Of a stretch of 64,000 nt of DNA, positions 49,512-60,700 are shown in pieces. Position 1 is the stretch's first letter. Every line of letters starts with the position of its first letter. This DNA comes from Candidatus Poribacteria bacterium. GTDB taxonomy: Bacteria > Poribacteria > WGA-4E > WGA-3G. Below the pieces are notes generated by a model. The model was not told where the DNA came from, did no database searches, and was given only the letters and a program-made list of their open reading frames with translations. The stretch covers positions 4,416,001 to 4,480,000 of the forward strand of contig OZ242029.1 of the NCBI GenBank assembly GCA_965205015.1, given 5' to 3'. The position numbers were made by a program, and so were the translations under genes.

Positions 49512-50999
49512 ATGAAGACGTTGATACTAACCAACATAAACGCGTTGACGGAAATCTATCCCCAAGAAGCATTGGATATTCAACAAGCGGTCAAGACATT
49601 TGCGCGGGCCCATAACGCCGAAGTGCATGATATCGATCAGGCTTATCAAGCAAAGACAGGACGCCATCTTTCAGTGCCGACGTATCCTAACGCCGCGTTG
49701 ACAGCAATAGCGAGGGAAATCAAAGCGGAAGTGATTTCACAATTCTCCGGCTCACTGGATACTCTCATATTGGTTGGAGATGAATCTGTCATTCCGATGT
49801 GGGAAATCAATTTAGATGGAACGCACATCCATACCGATTCCTTCTACTCAGATTTGGATGGCGACGGGCTCCCGGAGGTCGCCACGACGCGAGTGCTTGG
49901 AAGTCCCGAGGCGATGCAGCGACAACTGAGCGATACAATCGAAATCGGTGGACCGGAAGCGACGATTCTATGCTCGGAGGACACCCGTATCCATTTGGAG
50001 ACGCAGCGGTTTCTTGATGCACTCGCACAACAAGGACATGAAGTCTCTGTTCTCGGAAGGGGTGGCGCGGAAAGGTTCCCGCAGTCAGATCTGATCATCC
50101 ATTTCGGGCATGGCAGCCCCCAATCTCTGAGCAATCGATTCGGCGAAGACTTTGTAACAGCAGAAAGTATGCCAACATTGCCGCGTCATCCGATTGCGAT
50201 TGTTGATGGATGTGCCACGACTCCGCCCGGTTCAGAACTGTTACACACATTTTTGAACAACGGCGGTCGCGCCTACCTCGGTAGTACCGAGACTGTCTTG
50301 GGCATGATTCCTGCTCGGCACACCAACCAGTTGGTGATGCACTTTATGGACGCTTACGAAGCGCATCCAGACTGGTATATGGCGAAGCTGCTCGCTGCAG
50401 CGCGCACCGAATACGCCAGCGTGACACACCTCCCTGAAATACTATTGGAACTTGAACAGACGGGAACCCTCCATCAGTCTGAGAAATACGACCTAAACGC
50501 CCATCTACTGACGTTTCTGGAGTGGCATGCTTACGGAACACCGTTCGCTCGCCTCCATCAAGGAGCGGCTCGTCCGATTTTCAGCAAACACCCCTTGGTC
50601 GAAACTTCGATCTCTTTGAAAGCACGCGAACAGAACGTTGTGGAAGCGACCTTCGACTTAACGGACGTGGACGGTCAACCCATTCTTTTTCTGCGCGCAG
50701 ACTGGTTGAATTCAACATCAGCCGCGCTGACCCTTCATATCTATCAAAACGAACAGATCCTTCATAAACTGCAGGGCGATGCACACATTATCTATCAACG
50801 CATCGAAGATATTTGTGTCGGAGGCTACATCGATGGGGACCTGTATCACGCGTACTGGTTATTACCGCTGAAAAGAAAAGTAGGGAAAAATCACCTGCGG
50901 GTTGAACTCGCGAGTGGAGGAACGACGTTGACGCTTTTGCCAGAATCCGTAATTGAAATTTGGCCCGAATGGGAGACCATCACGGCACCTCAAGAATAG
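49512..50999 (+). CDS. Peptidase C25 (gingipain-like) family protein
   Basis: LVGD-x-x-x-IP, D-x-x-YSDLDGDGLPE, catalytic-type GHG and DGC; GGAGG RBS; TTGAAA-17-TATACT at 49399-49427. Confidence 0.75.
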   Translation: MKTLILTNINALTEIYPQEALDIQQAVKTFARAHNAEVHDIDQAYQAKTGRHLSVPTYPNAALTAIAREIKAEVISQFSGSLDTLILVGDESVIPMWEINLDGTHIHTDSFYSDLDGDGLPEVATTRVLGSPEAMQRQLSDTIEIGGPEATILCSEDTRIHLETQRFLDALAQQGHEVSVLGRGGAERFPQSDLIIHFGHGSPQSLSNRFGEDFVTAESMPTLPRHPIAIVDGCATTPPGSELLHTFLNNGGRAYLGSTETVLGMIPARHTNQLVMHFMDAYEAHPDWYMAKLLAAARTEYASVTHLPEILLELEQTGTLHQSEKYDLNAHLLTFLEWHAYGTPFARLHQGAARPIFSKHPLVETSISLKAREQNVVEATFDLTDVDGQPILFLRADWLNSTSAALTLHIYQNEQILHKLQGDAHIIYQRIEDICVGGYIDGDLYHAYWLLPLKRKVGKNHLRVELASGGTTLTLLPESVIEIWPEWETITAPQE

Positions 51000-51088
51000 T
51001 TGTCAGTGGAAAAAGTTGTTAATCTTCGCAGGCACCAAAAGGTTTATCGTTTAACGGAAGACGCTTGTACCTGATAACCGAGAACCCC

Positions 51089-53701
51089 TTATGGACTCTC
51101 ACCGAACACCGGCTCTTTCGCCGGTCGAACCACCCACGCTGCAAAGGCAGCCTCAAATGATGCTGTCGTGTCTCCGAGATAGAGATGCTGGATACTTTCA
51201 GTCGGAACCCTTATCTCTCCGTAGACGGGTGAACGTCCCAATAAGGCATCCTCTTTGACTTCAAGTGGTTCAAAAATCAGAATGGAACCATCGGTTAATC
51301 TGACACAGACATCAGACTGGACGGTTCCCGACTCTTGACTCTCATTATAAGAGGCTTTCGGTCGATTAATGGTTTCTTGACTGACTGCCGACTGCGACGC
51401 AGGCCTCCGCGTGTGGGAAACCTGTGGGACAATGCTGACGGCTTCTTTGCTGACATCAACGACCCGTGCTACACGGTCTATAGGAACGGAAAACTGGCGT
51501 AGCTTAGAATCAAACTGGATCGTTTCTCCATTGAAACCCAGTAGTTTCCCACGTTTCATATCACCGTTCTCCGCCACGAGAATGTGGTTCGGTGGGGTGT
51601 CGCGATTGAAACGCGGGACGGTTAACGCACGCTCTAATTTCACGTCTAATTTGCGGTTTTTAGAGGGGACGCCAGCAAACGCCCCTCCAAAGACGAACCC
51701 TTCGCCTAAATTCTGGCCCGGGCGGAGTTCCACTTTCTTGCCATCCGCCATGTGTATCACAATGTCATCTTTCAACGCCAGATCACCAGGATCTACCTCC
51801 ACCCATTCGGCTTTATCTATCCATTCAGCCCCTTCGATTTTGATATTTATGTTCGCTTCGCCGCCCCGTCCAAGAACAGTATAGGAACGTTTGCTGTTGG
51901 TCGAATGTGCCGTATCGGTATAGTTCGCGTGCGTTCTACCAGAGAATTCCAAGGCTTTCACGTCCGCTGAATCCATAAGGTGCGCGCGGATAAAAGGAGA
52001 CTGGAAACCGACGGTCTTTTCATCGTATGACAAGATTTGACACGGAATAATCTCTCCACTCTTCAGATGCAATATATGGCGAAACTGTGATGTGTCAAAA
52101 GGATACATTTTCGATGCCCGCCTGTTGTTGCGCTCTATGTGCGCTCTCCGAACCTTCGCCAGTCGTACCGCTTTCGAGGCACCGACGGGTTTCCAGCGAA
52201 TGAATGATCCATCCTCCACGTCAAACAGCACACGACCACGGAGATTCCCTGACGAGTGAAATAATCTATCCTCGTCTTCAATCTTGCTATGATTCTGTGA
52301 AGATCCGGAAGCTTCCACACGCAGCAGTGAAGCACCCGCAAACACACATTTTATCGGTTCATTTGCGAACGCGGTCTGCAACAAGACACTCTCTGGGTTC
52401 ACTTGTGCAATCTTGCCGCGTAAAACCGCACCGTCGGGATATGTCAAAGCAACGGGGTGTTCCCTTTCAACTAAGGCGGCCCCCGGTTGAACAACACGGT
52501 CAATTTGCTGGATATCAATGTTATGCCGATTTTCGTTGTCATCAAGAACGTAAGTGTTCTCCTTTTTGGCAAATAACTTGCCATAAATAACTTGTCCATT
52601 CATCATGTGGACCCGCGGTTTGGAAGCGTCAATCTGTTGCTTTGTGGAACCGACAGGCTGCCGGTAGACCCTTAACCGCCGCACCGTCAGATTTTGACCT
52701 CGGTTGTAAATATAGACACCTGATTCTTCAACCGTCTGCCCGACCTCGTCCAATTTTAGAAGCAAATTGCCAGCAAAATCGAAGACCTCCAGTACGCGGG
52801 CGTCGCCATTATAGACAAGACGCAAACGGAAGTTTCGTCGATCTGGTTGGATCGTCAATACCGGCTCGAAGAGTGTGCCTTGAACGACGACGAGTTCGTT
52901 AACCCAAGTCTCTAACCGTAATGCCTCGTATAAATTTTTGCCGAGTGCGAAAACAAAACCTGGAGGACGCATCGCAGATGCTAACTCCAAGTCAATCTCA
53001 AAATGTTGGGGCCAATCAAGGGCATAGAACATTTTTGACTTGACTTTATCTGTGCGTGGATGACCGCCGCGATTGGCATACCAATCCGGTAGCGCATTCC
53101 CACCAAACAGCAATATGGGCTGGTTCGCATCCCGTTTGGGTAATTCCTGCCGAAGCACTTGACCCGCAACTCGTGCTTTATTGTTTTGTATCGGAGGCAA
53201 GTTGCGGGTCAAATCACCAGGATCGGGATCGCGTGACTTCCGCCAATTCGTCATTTGGGAACCGTCGAAGATCAGATTCGGGTGCGCCCGACGTTCGAGG
53301 GTATAAATCGCCTCACGATTCACTCGAAACCGACCGTGTCGCTCACTGGAAAAGAGAAAGGTATCCTCATCCGAATCAATTATGTCGGCGATCCAGATAT
53401 CCCCCGCTACGGTGCCGACGCGAAACGCCTCCATCGCTGGAACAGACTGCTTTGGAAAGACAACCGACTCCAATACACCGATATCAACAACCAGATCGTC
53501 CGAAAAATAGGGGGATGCCCAGCGAATCTGCCCAGACGCACTTTCCAGCAGTTTACCGGGAAGGGCATCGCCATTTTTCCAACGCAAGGTCTGGTACCGG
53601 GAATCGGAGTTCGCTCCTACCTGAGCTTGTATTGTTGGAAACCATAACATCCCCACTGTAGTGGTAACCATAACAAGCAGTCTCTTTAGATTCGATTGCA
53701 T
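51089..53701 (-). CDS. Secreted hypothetical protein with repeated (N/D)G-x-x-L-x-G-x-L beta modules (Planctomycete-type)
   Basis: Signal peptide; repeats such as NGDALPGKL, NGQVIYGKL, DGAVLRGKI, NGDMKRGKL. Confidence 0.7.
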   Translation of the reverse strand: MQSNLKRLLVMVTTTVGMLWFPTIQAQVGANSDSRYQTLRWKNGDALPGKLLESASGQIRWASPYFSDDLVVDIGVLESVVFPKQSVPAMEAFRVGTVAGDIWIADIIDSDEDTFLFSSERHGRFRVNREAIYTLERRAHPNLIFDGSQMTNWRKSRDPDPGDLTRNLPPIQNNKARVAGQVLRQELPKRDANQPILLFGGNALPDWYANRGGHPRTDKVKSKMFYALDWPQHFEIDLELASAMRPPGFVFALGKNLYEALRLETWVNELVVVQGTLFEPVLTIQPDRRNFRLRLVYNGDARVLEVFDFAGNLLLKLDEVGQTVEESGVYIYNRGQNLTVRRLRVYRQPVGSTKQQIDASKPRVHMMNGQVIYGKLFAKKENTYVLDDNENRHNIDIQQIDRVVQPGAALVEREHPVALTYPDGAVLRGKIAQVNPESVLLQTAFANEPIKCVFAGASLLRVEASGSSQNHSKIEDEDRLFHSSGNLRGRVLFDVEDGSFIRWKPVGASKAVRLAKVRRAHIERNNRRASKMYPFDTSQFRHILHLKSGEIIPCQILSYDEKTVGFQSPFIRAHLMDSADVKALEFSGRTHANYTDTAHSTNSKRSYTVLGRGGEANINIKIEGAEWIDKAEWVEVDPGDLALKDDIVIHMADGKKVELRPGQNLGEGFVFGGAFAGVPSKNRKLDVKLERALTVPRFNRDTPPNHILVAENGDMKRGKLLGFNGETIQFDSKLRQFSVPIDRVARVVDVSKEAVSIVPQVSHTRRPASQSAVSQETINRPKASYNESQESGTVQSDVCVRLTDGSILIFEPLEVKEDALLGRSPVYGEIRVPTESIQHLYLGDTTASFEAAFAAWVVRPAKEPVFGESP

Positions 53702-53719
53702 CGTATTTCTCCTTATATT

Positions 53720-53845
53720 GGTTATCAGTTATCGGTAACAAGAGGTTTCTGGCAACAATTCACCTCTCCCTGGAATATACCAAATTTGCGAAGATTGTTG
53801 CAAAACGTCTCTTAACCGACAACCAACAACTGACAACTGACAACT
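53720..53845. repeat. Folded palindromic element with heptamer-repeat arms
   Basis: GGTTATCAGTTATCGGTAACAAGAG ... CTCTTAACCGACAACCAACAACTGACAACTGACAACT. Confidence 0.6.
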
Positions 53846-53847
53846 AT

Positions 53848-54918
53848 TTATCTTTCATAGATAGGCAAGAGCCGATAGTTCAACGCCAAAGCGAGGATAG
53901 CCATACCAGTGCCGTAGGCTCTCCCATGGGAACTCGCGAAACTCCCGTCTTCTGCTTGGGTTTTCTGGAGCCACTCGATGGTTCTTTGGTTCCAAGCCTT
54001 CCACGCCTCAAAGTCACTTTGAAACAGTGCCTGCGCCATATAGTAAAGATTGTAGAACAGGTGCCCACTGCCGCGCTGGTCAATCCGACGCTTGATGAAC
54101 TCGGCAGCGGCTTTGTATTCAGGCGTATCTTTTCTTTTCGCAATCGCATAAATCAGGGTGCCGATTGCCGTCCGAGTGAGTCCGCCCCCATGACTGCTTG
54201 TCATCTGATACGTTACACTCCCGTCTTGCATCGTGTGTGTCTGAAAAAAACTTACCGCCTTGTCAACGGCTTCATTGGGAATCTCAATACCGGCGTTTCG
54301 AGCACCGAGTATGCCCATCAACACGGTTCCAGCCACGGTTGTATCAGCATCTTGGGATTCCGGTGAGTAACGCCAGGCACCCCATGGATTCTTTCGCTGT
54401 GAAGTCAATGAGGAACGCACTGCGAGTTCCAACGCCTCGCTCAGAGTGCTCCGCCGTTCAGGCGGAATGTTGCTCCCTTCCCAGAGCAATCGCTCGCTGA
54501 CTGCGCCATACGCTTCTGAGAGTGCCAACAAGGCAAAACCGTGCTGGTACATGGATCCATGTCCGCCCCAAGTGCCACCGATGTATCCCGTTCTTGCATC
54601 CTGATTGGAAATGATATTGCATAAAGCTTTACGGATGTTCGTCGCATAAGGACCGAAGTCCGGGTCTTCGCCACTCGCCATCAATGCCATAACACAAATC
54701 CCCGTCACACCGGGACCGCTCCCTGCTCCCGACCAACTGCCGTCCTCCATCTGCGAGTTCGCGAGATAGCGTAAACCGCGGTCATTGATGATACGAACCG
54801 CCGCGGGGACACCTGTTCCATAGCGGAGCGCAACATCCTGCGCATTCGCAGACTCAAGGGAAAATAGGACCAGCACTCCTACAAGGAAATAACAAAAAAG
54901 TTCGCGAATGTTCATCAT
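53848..54918 (-). CDS. Prenyltransferase/squalene-oxidase repeat protein
   Basis: GLRYL-x-x-x-Q-x-x-DGSW, MYQHGFALLALSE, G-x-WRY, Q-x-x-DGS. Confidence 0.85.
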   Translation of the reverse strand: MMNIRELFCYFLVGVLVLFSLESANAQDVALRYGTGVPAAVRIINDRGLRYLANSQMEDGSWSGAGSGPGVTGICVMALMASGEDPDFGPYATNIRKALCNIISNQDARTGYIGGTWGGHGSMYQHGFALLALSEAYGAVSERLLWEGSNIPPERRSTLSEALELAVRSSLTSQRKNPWGAWRYSPESQDADTTVAGTVLMGILGARNAGIEIPNEAVDKAVSFFQTHTMQDGSVTYQMTSSHGGGLTRTAIGTLIYAIAKRKDTPEYKAAAEFIKRRIDQRGSGHLFYNLYYMAQALFQSDFEAWKAWNQRTIEWLQKTQAEDGSFASSHGRAYGTGMAILALALNYRLLPIYER

Positions 54919-54920
54919 CG

Positions 54921-56747
54921 TTATCTCCTCCACACCATCGGACTGAATATACGTTCAAACTCTCTCCGCTGCCAAGGTGTTAGAATTTCAAAATCTACCG
55001 TCTGTGGGAAAAGTTGGAAAAACATAAATTCTGACGATATCTTCTCCTCAAGCGGACCTGGGATCAACTGCGATGCTGACGTTTCTAACGCCTCTCGTTG
55101 TATATCGTCCAAAAGCAACTGTGTATCCAGGCACCCCACCACTACATCCCGCAAAGCTTGTTGATGCAAAATCGCTCTCTCGGCTTGGTGCTCGCTATAT
55201 CGCGCAAACGCCTCTTCAGAAAGCACATCTTTGATAGCCTGTTGGTACAGCGGATACTCTGTAATGTCGATCTGCATCCCTTCACTTCCGGGCAATCCAG
55301 CCATCACATTTTTCACAGTGAATTCAAGCATAGCAGCAGCCTCTTTACGAGTCATTTTACCATCTTCGACTTTCTGTCTGAGATTCGCTTGGATTTCCGG
55401 GGATAGTGCATCACGAACTTCTTCGTGGGCTTCAAAGTACTGTTGCACCACACCTTTGGCAACGAGTGCCAAACGTCGAGTAGCACGTTCATTGAGAGTG
55501 CCTAACAACTCGGTATGCGCTGCGAGTTTGGCTTCGGCGGTTTGCTTCATTTGCACTTCAGATTCCGCCGGATGCCCTTCATTCCAATCATTCCAAAGTT
55601 GCATCCTTCGCATGTCAATCTCATCAATTACTATGTCAACCCGTTTCTCTATGTTGACAAACTTAGGCGCATCTTTACGGATAAATGGACGCTTCTTATT
55701 TTCGTCCGCCCCTTTTTTTTCCTTTTCATCCTCAGCGGCCATCTTGACGTCGACCTTTGGTAGATCAACGATAACAATATGCTTTGCTCTCACCTTTGCG
55801 TTAACCAACCCTTCCCAAACTTTAGACTGTGCTTCACTCAATACTCCGTCCAGCGAGACTTTCAGCCTGTAGTGTGCCAGCTGTGCCGCCTCTTGTGATC
55901 TCAACCGCAATGCGTTCATTGAGGTCGGAAAAAGTTTGTTCTCTGTTGCCTTAAGGAGCGACTGTACAACCTTTTCGCGCTGATCTGCTCTCAAACTGAG
56001 TTCCTTATCGAGAGTAGCAGTGATCCAATGAACGACTGCGTGTCGATCTCGCTGTCGCCATGCTGCTGTAAATTCCGTATAATCCTTAAACTGTACTTCG
56101 CTCAAGTGTTTAGCGAATGCCGCTTGGCAGCCTGGATGCAAGAATACCGTTTCAATTAACGACATGTTCCCTTCCTCAACCGACTTCGTGAAGATACTCA
56201 TATCGCCATCCTGCTCCAAGGCACTCTCAATTGAATCGAGGATTGACCGATGAAGTGTTTTAACAGACGCCTCGTCCAGATCGTAACGCTTGCCGATACC
56301 TTCAGCAATGCGTTCGAGAAGGGACACAATTCGATGTTTGATGACGAGGTTCATTCTTCCATCCCGTTGCACTTCAAAGAATGGTTCGATATTGCCTTTT
56401 TGTCTCATTTTGAGCGGGACAAAATGGGTGCCACCCTCAACGATCATAACAGGTTTTCCACCCCGCTCATCGTATCCTTCTTTAGATATACTAATCAGGT
56501 AGCGTCCTGCGGGAAGCCCAGACTGTGCGTACTCGCCGTCGGCATTCGTTTTTGTTGTCCATTCCTTTCCGCTGTTTTGGGCAACAATTTTGACCTCAAC
56601 ACCCTCAATCGGTTTCTGAGCTGGCGTTAAGTCAGTAATCAGTCCACGGACGGTCCCCCCCTTCAGAGCATCGTCCTGTGCAAAGACGATACCGAACGAC
56701 ATACTGACACAACCAACCACTATTAACATATATCGTAAATGACGCAT
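54921..56747 (-). CDS. Secreted protein with carboxypeptidase-regulatory-like N-terminal domain and helical C-terminus
   Basis: G-x-VRG-x-ITD, TNADGEY-x-x-x-GLPAGRY-x-I-x-I-x-KEGY. Confidence 0.75.
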   Translation of the reverse strand: MRHLRYMLIVVGCVSMSFGIVFAQDDALKGGTVRGLITDLTPAQKPIEGVEVKIVAQNSGKEWTTKTNADGEYAQSGLPAGRYLISISKEGYDERGGKPVMIVEGGTHFVPLKMRQKGNIEPFFEVQRDGRMNLVIKHRIVSLLERIAEGIGKRYDLDEASVKTLHRSILDSIESALEQDGDMSIFTKSVEEGNMSLIETVFLHPGCQAAFAKHLSEVQFKDYTEFTAAWRQRDRHAVVHWITATLDKELSLRADQREKVVQSLLKATENKLFPTSMNALRLRSQEAAQLAHYRLKVSLDGVLSEAQSKVWEGLVNAKVRAKHIVIVDLPKVDVKMAAEDEKEKKGADENKKRPFIRKDAPKFVNIEKRVDIVIDEIDMRRMQLWNDWNEGHPAESEVQMKQTAEAKLAAHTELLGTLNERATRRLALVAKGVVQQYFEAHEEVRDALSPEIQANLRQKVEDGKMTRKEAAAMLEFTVKNVMAGLPGSEGMQIDITEYPLYQQAIKDVLSEEAFARYSEHQAERAILHQQALRDVVVGCLDTQLLLDDIQREALETSASQLIPGPLEEKISSEFMFFQLFPQTVDFEILTPWQRREFERIFSPMVWRR

Positions 56748-56762
56748 CTGCTCAGTCCTCCT

Positions 56763-57710
56763 CTAATTTTCTCGGATTGTCGCCAAGCCCGTCTGCCATT
56801 CCTCGCCTTTTTTACCTGCGTAGAGCATAGCGTAGGTGTCTCCAACTTCAAATATCTGACCCGTCAAAACGCCATCGCAATCGAAAGCATCGGGATCGTC
56901 CGACGGCGTGAATACCGGGTTATAAGGATTCGGCTCGAAGGTATGGAAATCTCGGGTGCGTACATGTCCGATCCGCCACACTTCACCATCAAATCCACCG
57001 TAAAGAATGTGGAAGTATTCTGGACCTTTGAACAATTCGGTTTCACGAACGGATCGACTGTCCCACGCCTGTCCGCTCCCCGTAAAAACGGGATTGTCAG
57101 GATTTTTCCTGACCGACGCAGGATCGTTCGTCGGGGCAGTCGCATGACACATCGTCAATCCTTCTCCGAAGGACCGTGTCGCCTTCCCTGTATAAACGAT
57201 GTGGATTGTGTCATCCTCTATCGCAACCGAAGGGTGACTTGCGCCGTGCCGTTCGTGTTCGGTATCCGCAGGAATGACAGGTGTACGGCAGACACGCTGC
57301 CACTCGCCAAGGTCGCCATCGCTCACAAGGAGTCCCGTCTGCTCAGGGGTCGTTTCTCCCTTGCCCCGATAATACATGTAGAACTTACCGTCAGTAGGAT
57401 TTAGGAATGGGAAGGGGTACTCAACGGCTGCGCCATCAAAACCGTCCGCTGAAGGCTCAAGGACAGGGTTACGTGTATCCTGTGTGATGTCAGTAAGATC
57501 ACTGATCGGAGCCGTCGCGTGCATTATCAACCATCGCACACCAAGGTCGCGCTTACACCAGATGTAGTGTACCGTCTCATCAACGATAATCGCATGAGTC
57601 GCCGCCGCCCAAAGTGGTGGTGGCAGAGAAATAATCGGATTGCCCGTCTCGATTCTCTTGAAACTGGCGAACACCTCAAATGGAATAGGCTCTTTCCGTG
57701 GATTTGTCAT
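56763..57710 (-). CDS. GH32/43/130-like five-bladed beta-propeller hydrolase
   Basis: Repeated NPV(L/F)-x-P, D-x-x-x-V-x-x-P, YMYY-x-G blades. Confidence 0.75.
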   Translation of the reverse strand: MTNPRKEPIPFEVFASFKRIETGNPIISLPPPLWAAATHAIIVDETVHYIWCKRDLGVRWLIMHATAPISDLTDITQDTRNPVLEPSADGFDGAAVEYPFPFLNPTDGKFYMYYRGKGETTPEQTGLLVSDGDLGEWQRVCRTPVIPADTEHERHGASHPSVAIEDDTIHIVYTGKATRSFGEGLTMCHATAPTNDPASVRKNPDNPVFTGSGQAWDSRSVRETELFKGPEYFHILYGGFDGEVWRIGHVRTRDFHTFEPNPYNPVFTPSDDPDAFDCDGVLTGQIFEVGDTYAMLYAGKKGEEWQTGLATIREN

Positions 57711-60700
57711 TGGGTTCTCCCTTCCAAGGCGTCAAAATAAGCATCCAATCCTTGGCGAAATTCTTCCGGTAACACGCGCCCCGTTTTCCCGGTTGCCTGT
57801 CTGGGTGAACGATTTTCGATAGAAGCTCTGCCGCTGTCATCCCCGACCCCGAGGAGACTCAAAGCAGAAGCAGTGGCTGGCGGGGCAGTGATTATCATGG
57901 GAGCGTTTGGAATCCGTCCGGTTTCGAGTAGGATTTCAATCACTTCCGTTATAGCGGCAATCGCTCTGGGACCCGTATCCGGTTCTGCGAGGATGTCTTC
58001 GACCTCCTCCATAACCTCCGCGGCTCGTGCCACTTTCGCAAGTTGCCCTTGGATGAAGCGTTCAGTCGCGTTAGGCAGAAGGCTAATCTGTGCTTCTACC
58101 TCGCGGGTATCCTCGGTGAGCGTGATTTGTGTATCGTACAGTGCGATGCTACGCTCGCTATATTCATCAGCAGTCAGTGCCGCCTTCGCCTGCTCAAGTT
58201 CTCGTGTCTCTTCCCGCAATTGTATCTCGCGATTGATGATACGCATCACTTCCACGACGATTTCTGGTGGCAGGTTCGGTAGTTCTACCAGTCCCATCTC
58301 TCCAGGGGGTTCTCCCTCAGGTAAGGGCGGCACTAACTGCTCTGCCCACCGATCCAACGTATCTGCCCAGAATTCCGCTTCAATCGTTGATTCACCGATA
58401 AAATTGTCTTTAACAATCGCTTCCGCGATGCCCTGCATCTGGTCCGATACAATGGCATCTTGCATCTCCGACAACACACGCGAGAACCCCTCAGAGGGTC
58501 GCCGATCCGCATAAGCAACCATGTCCTGTAGGAGTGTAGATGCGACCTTAGCCTCAGCGATCTCTTTTTCAGCCAAACGCCTGCGGTCAGACGCATCTTC
58601 TACCGCATCAGTTGCATCTTGACCGAAACCGTCCAGATTGTTCAGATCCACTGCGATGTCGATCTGCCGTCGCGATGCCGCTTTCAGGCGTTTCACGAAC
58701 GTGCTATTTTCAAAACCGGTGAGCAATTTGTTCATTTCTTCCGCCAACTCGGCAAAGGCATCCAACAATTCTTGCTGTTCTTTGACGGCTTCCAAGACGA
58801 GCTCCGCCGTCTGAGGCGCTGGTGGTTCCTCCTCCTCATCGTTCCGACCGCTCCCTCTGAGGGTTGTCGCAGGGATTCCCAGACCCCCAACGACTTGCGG
58901 TGCCTGTCCCGCCTCTTCTTCCTCATTGAAACCGGATTCAACATCAACAACACGCGGTGTCGGGTTGGCGGGTACATACCCTGGCTTACCTTCTGGCTGT
59001 TTGCTTCGATTCACGATGACGCTCGCGCCAGGCGTATTCGGATCTTCTGGGATCTCGTCTAACCCTTCGGGCGGAGTCTTGCTCTCGGGTCCGTATTTTT
59101 CCACCTTCTCCAAATTATTGGGTTCACTCTTGGAAGATAATGGAACTCCCCCTGCTGTCGGAGGAGAGGTTTCTTGCTGACTGCCGACTGCTGACTGCCG
59201 ACTGCTACTCAGTCCGGGTGCCTCAGCCGCACGTGCCAGTAAATCAGCGACAGAGGGCATTCTCTGCCCCGCGATCTCCTCTAACTTCTGGAGTATCTCC
59301 GCCCACGATTCAAGCTGATTCGGATCGAATTCCTCGTTTTTTGTTGCTTCTTGTACCAACTCCGTGCCGAGTTGAATGAGGCTCTCAAGTCGCGCTGCAT
59401 TGGCACGCTCCGCAGCGGCTTGATTTTGCAGTTTCCTGCGCTGCGCGGGATCGTCAAGTGCTTCGGGCGGTAGGTCACGCAGTTCGCGATTCGTTTCGTG
59501 CAACTGCAATTCTTTGTCATGGACCTCCTGTGCCGCGCCCATCCAGAGTTCCATCTGTCCGACCAACCACTTGAAATGTTCCGCCGGGGTCAGCACATGT
59601 ATGACGAGGTCAGGTGAACGAACACGCTCGCGACCGGGAAGATAATCCTCAGCGAAGGCGCGTAGGCGTAAACTCTGCGGACGCACATTTTCACGCACGG
59701 CAGAGAATGTGGCAGCGACGGTCATGAGTTCCGTGGTCGGTGTACCTGAGGATACTGTTTTCTCGCCACGTGTCGGTTCAGGATTGTGAATCGGGTTACC
59801 AATGCCTTCCCATTCTAAACCCACTCGTTTCACGCCAAAATCATCCGCTGCTTGAATCTCAAAGGTGAGCACCTCACTCGAAAGTACAACACGATTGTTC
59901 TTGAGTTTGTTGAAGTTAACCGTCGGGGATCCGTCTTCTTGGATCTCTAACCGTATCACTTGCGGTTCACGTGCAACGAGACCAAAGCGATCACGCCACG
60001 CCAACTGGAGTAAGGAATCGGGTTGTTTTTGCTTGGAGGGTTCCCCAGAAGTCCCTCCGACGACGCTGATAGGCTCAGTCGTCACACGCGCGCCATCAAC
60101 CCGTTGTGGACGATCGTTCAAAGTCGCTTCCGCGAGTTCCCGGGTTGCTGTGGCTTCTAAGACTGCGGTGCTTCCTCTCAACAAATTGAGGGTCCCGCCA
60201 CGAACATCCTCCACCAGTGGTTCGCTGCGTTGCAAATAGGTCGGCAATTTAACCTCAGCGATAAGCTGCGTCAGTGCAGGACGCAATTTCGGTTCAATTG
60301 GAATAGACCGTCGGGCATCTCCGACGCGAAGTTTGAGTTGCCCATCCCTTGTTTGCGGCGGTAATTGGAATCGGTATGTTGCTTCCTCTCGCGTCGCAAC
60401 CACTGGGACCTGTTTTGCGTAACGGGCCTCTCCCGACTCAGGCTTCCACGGCGAATCGTCTTTTAAGCGTGCTTCTACATCAAAGGGTTCAGCGTACGGA
60501 ACCACACGCAGTCCTGATTCACCCTCCAATTGTGCAAAAGTGTAACGTTCCACGGCACGCCACGGGGTCAACCACCGAGCGAAGGTATTCCAACTCGTTG
60601 CGGGTATTACAACGGAAACCCCGACCACCAACACCAGTGGGAGAACTGCCGTCCATGCCCAACGACGGTGCCTCGGATTGGGAACCGCATCTGCCAAATT

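Noticed and set aside
55231-58514. Long plus-strand ORFs (55231-55872, 56739-57404, 57873-58514)
   Set aside because: Antisense shadows of well-supported minus-strand genes
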